Position numbers and translations under genes: made by a program
Shown: one piece after another, positions 62,589 through 64,000 of the stretch
Layout: every line of letters starts with the position of its first letter
Position numbering within the stretch: position 1 is the first letter of the stretch
Origin: Eledone cirrhosa
Taxonomy: Eukaryota
DNA: 64,000 nucleotides
Direction of reading: 5' to 3'
Assembly: GCA_964016885.1 (NCBI GenBank)
Contig: OZ024743.1
Location: forward strand, 153,140,001-153,204,000
The notes under the pieces: generated by a model
The model's input: only the letters and a program-made list of their open reading frames with translations
What the model was told of the DNA's origin: nothing
Databases searched by the model: none

Positions 62589-62595
<7 letters not shown>
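62281..62595. repeat. near-perfect 315-bp palindrome (155-bp arms, 5-nt centre)
   Basis: 62281-62435 is the reverse complement of 62441-62595, with two mismatches seen near the centre. Confidence 0.95.
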
Positions 62596-62641
<46 letters not shown>

Positions 62642-62660
62642 GTTTATATATTTATTTATA

Positions 62661-62779
62661 TTTTCAGCAAACAGAGGTGATAAAGCTGACAGAGCATTCT
62701 AGTAATAATCAGGAACTGATTATACAGAGCAGTTGCCGGTCAAGCAAAAATTGAAAATTGGAATTGGTGCTCTGAAATA
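62661..62779 (-). mobile_element. family A inverted partial copy with the ribozyme core deleted
   Basis: Minus strand joins ...ACTAGAAT directly to GCTCTGTCAGCT... Confidence 0.75.
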
Positions 62780-63120
62780 TATATACATTCATATATATAT
62801 CGCTATTTCAGAAAACCAATTCCAATTTTCAATTTCTGCTTGACGCCCAACCGCTCTGTATAATCAGTTCCTGATTATTACTAGAATTGTATAAGAATCA
62901 AACATTCATGATTTTCAGCCAACAGGTGGAGTACTTAGCTTTGATAAGTACCAAAAAGTACGAAACAGAGCTCTGTCAGCTTTATCTCCCCTGTTTGTTG
63001 AAAATTTAAAGTAAGTGAGACTGTCACTACTCTAAAACAATAGCATAAGGTCTTCGAAATGCTTTTAATTAAGCATACAGTGTATTGCAAAATACACTAT
63101 ATATACATTCATATATATAT
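62780..63120 (+). mobile_element. retrozyme-like repeat family A, one complete unit (period 320 nt)
   Basis: ATATACATTCATATATATAT at 62781 and 63101; collinear with 22181-22490. Confidence 0.82.
62911..63005 (+). ncRNA. intact type I hammerhead ribozyme with a U3-A8 core; predicted cleavage after C62977
   Basis: AGCT-TTGATAA-GTAC-CAAAAA-GTAC-GAAA-CAGAGCTCTG-TC^AGCT plus distal stem I ATTTTCAGCCAACAGG/CCTGTTTGTTGAAAAT. Confidence 0.85.
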
Positions 63121-63165
63121 ATATATATATTAATAAATGGAAACTATATTAATAAAACCATAATT

Positions 63166-63210
63166 ATTTTATTATATATATTTCAAGGGCGCGCTTTCAT
63201 CAGATAAAAT
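63166..63210 (-). ncRNA. minimal type I hammerhead ribozyme with a canonical core
   Basis: Minus strand ATTTTAT-CTGATGA-AAG-CGCGCC-CTT-GAAA-TATATA-TA^ATAAAAT; stem I is a perfect 7 bp. Confidence 0.78.
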
Positions 63211-64000
63211 ACAAGATTTGTTTTATAAATATTGACATAACCGTGGAAAAACAACTTCGACGGTTGAAAGATCACTGGATAGTGGAACAAATTTTTTATT
63301 GAGGGTAATTCAAAGTTCTGTGTGATTATGCAAATGAATGTCCGAAAGATTGAAAAAACATCCGTTTATTTAAATTATACTGTTGGAAGAAGAGAGAGAA
63401 AAAAGAGAGAGAAAAGCGAGAAAGCAAAATGAGAGAAAAAAAGAGAGAAAAAAGAAAGAGGGAAAAGAATATTATTATATGTAGAGTTATAGTGGAGAAA
63501 TAAAGTGAAGAAAGAAAGAGCGAAGAAATAAGCTTATTAAAGGATGAGTTTGTATATCGTAAATACGTCATATGTTCATGTTAGATATTTATGTTACGTA
63601 TATTTACTTATAATTGTTAAATTTTACTATAGTAAGTATATATAAAGTTAGATATATAGGAAAAATAAAGAAAAAAAAAAGATATATTAAAACAAAGATA
63701 TATTAAAAAAAAGATATATTAAAACATATTAAGATATATTAAAATATATCTACATATATTAAAATATATTACAAATGGAGCATAGATATAAAGATAGATA
63801 TATGAGAGTATAATGGGTATATCATGTTATAGATGTTAAATTATTTAAATTAAATTAAATTAAATTAATTGAGTCTATAAAATAACTTATATATTTAATG
63901 TTTTACATTGGAAAAATATTGAAAATCCGAGTTTTGTTTATTTATTAATTATTATGAGATAAGTTTGACAATGATATGTTTAAAGATATATTTCGCCATA

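Noticed and set aside
63228-63280. Plus-strand AACCGT...ACGGTT-GAAA-GATC resembling another hammerhead
   Set aside because: The upstream core (TTGACAT) and stem I do not fit; too decayed to support.

Overview
This is AT-rich eukaryotic (animal) DNA. The repeat repertoire resembles octopod/cephalopod genomes, which is an inference and not demonstrated. I found no convincing host exon; the window is a nest of retroelements sitting in microsatellites. (1) About nine copies or fragments of L1/Tx1-clade LINEs. One full-length copy (24013-29796) has a 16-bp target-site duplication (TSD) in (TATC)n, and its ORF1 and ORF2 form one reading frame broken by a single TAG. The other copies are decayed and sit in (ATT)n or (TATC)n. 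(2) Relics of R4/Dong-like restriction-like-endonuclease (RLE) LINEs, RTE LINEs and a Penelope-like element. (3) Two tRNA-derived SINE families, one sharing its 3' end with Tx1 and one with RTE. (4) Helitron-like non-autonomous elements, MITEs and palindromes. The most notable signal is non-coding: at least nine type I hammerhead ribozyme motifs from several unrelated small repeat families, all in repeats next to (TA)n tracts. The best is a ~320-nt retrozyme-like unit at two loci (21.8-22.5 kb and 62.7-63.1 kb). It carries a non-canonical UUGAUAA (U3-A8) core and shows compensatory changes in stems II and III. All calls were made by eye, and element boundaries are approximate unless a TSD is given.
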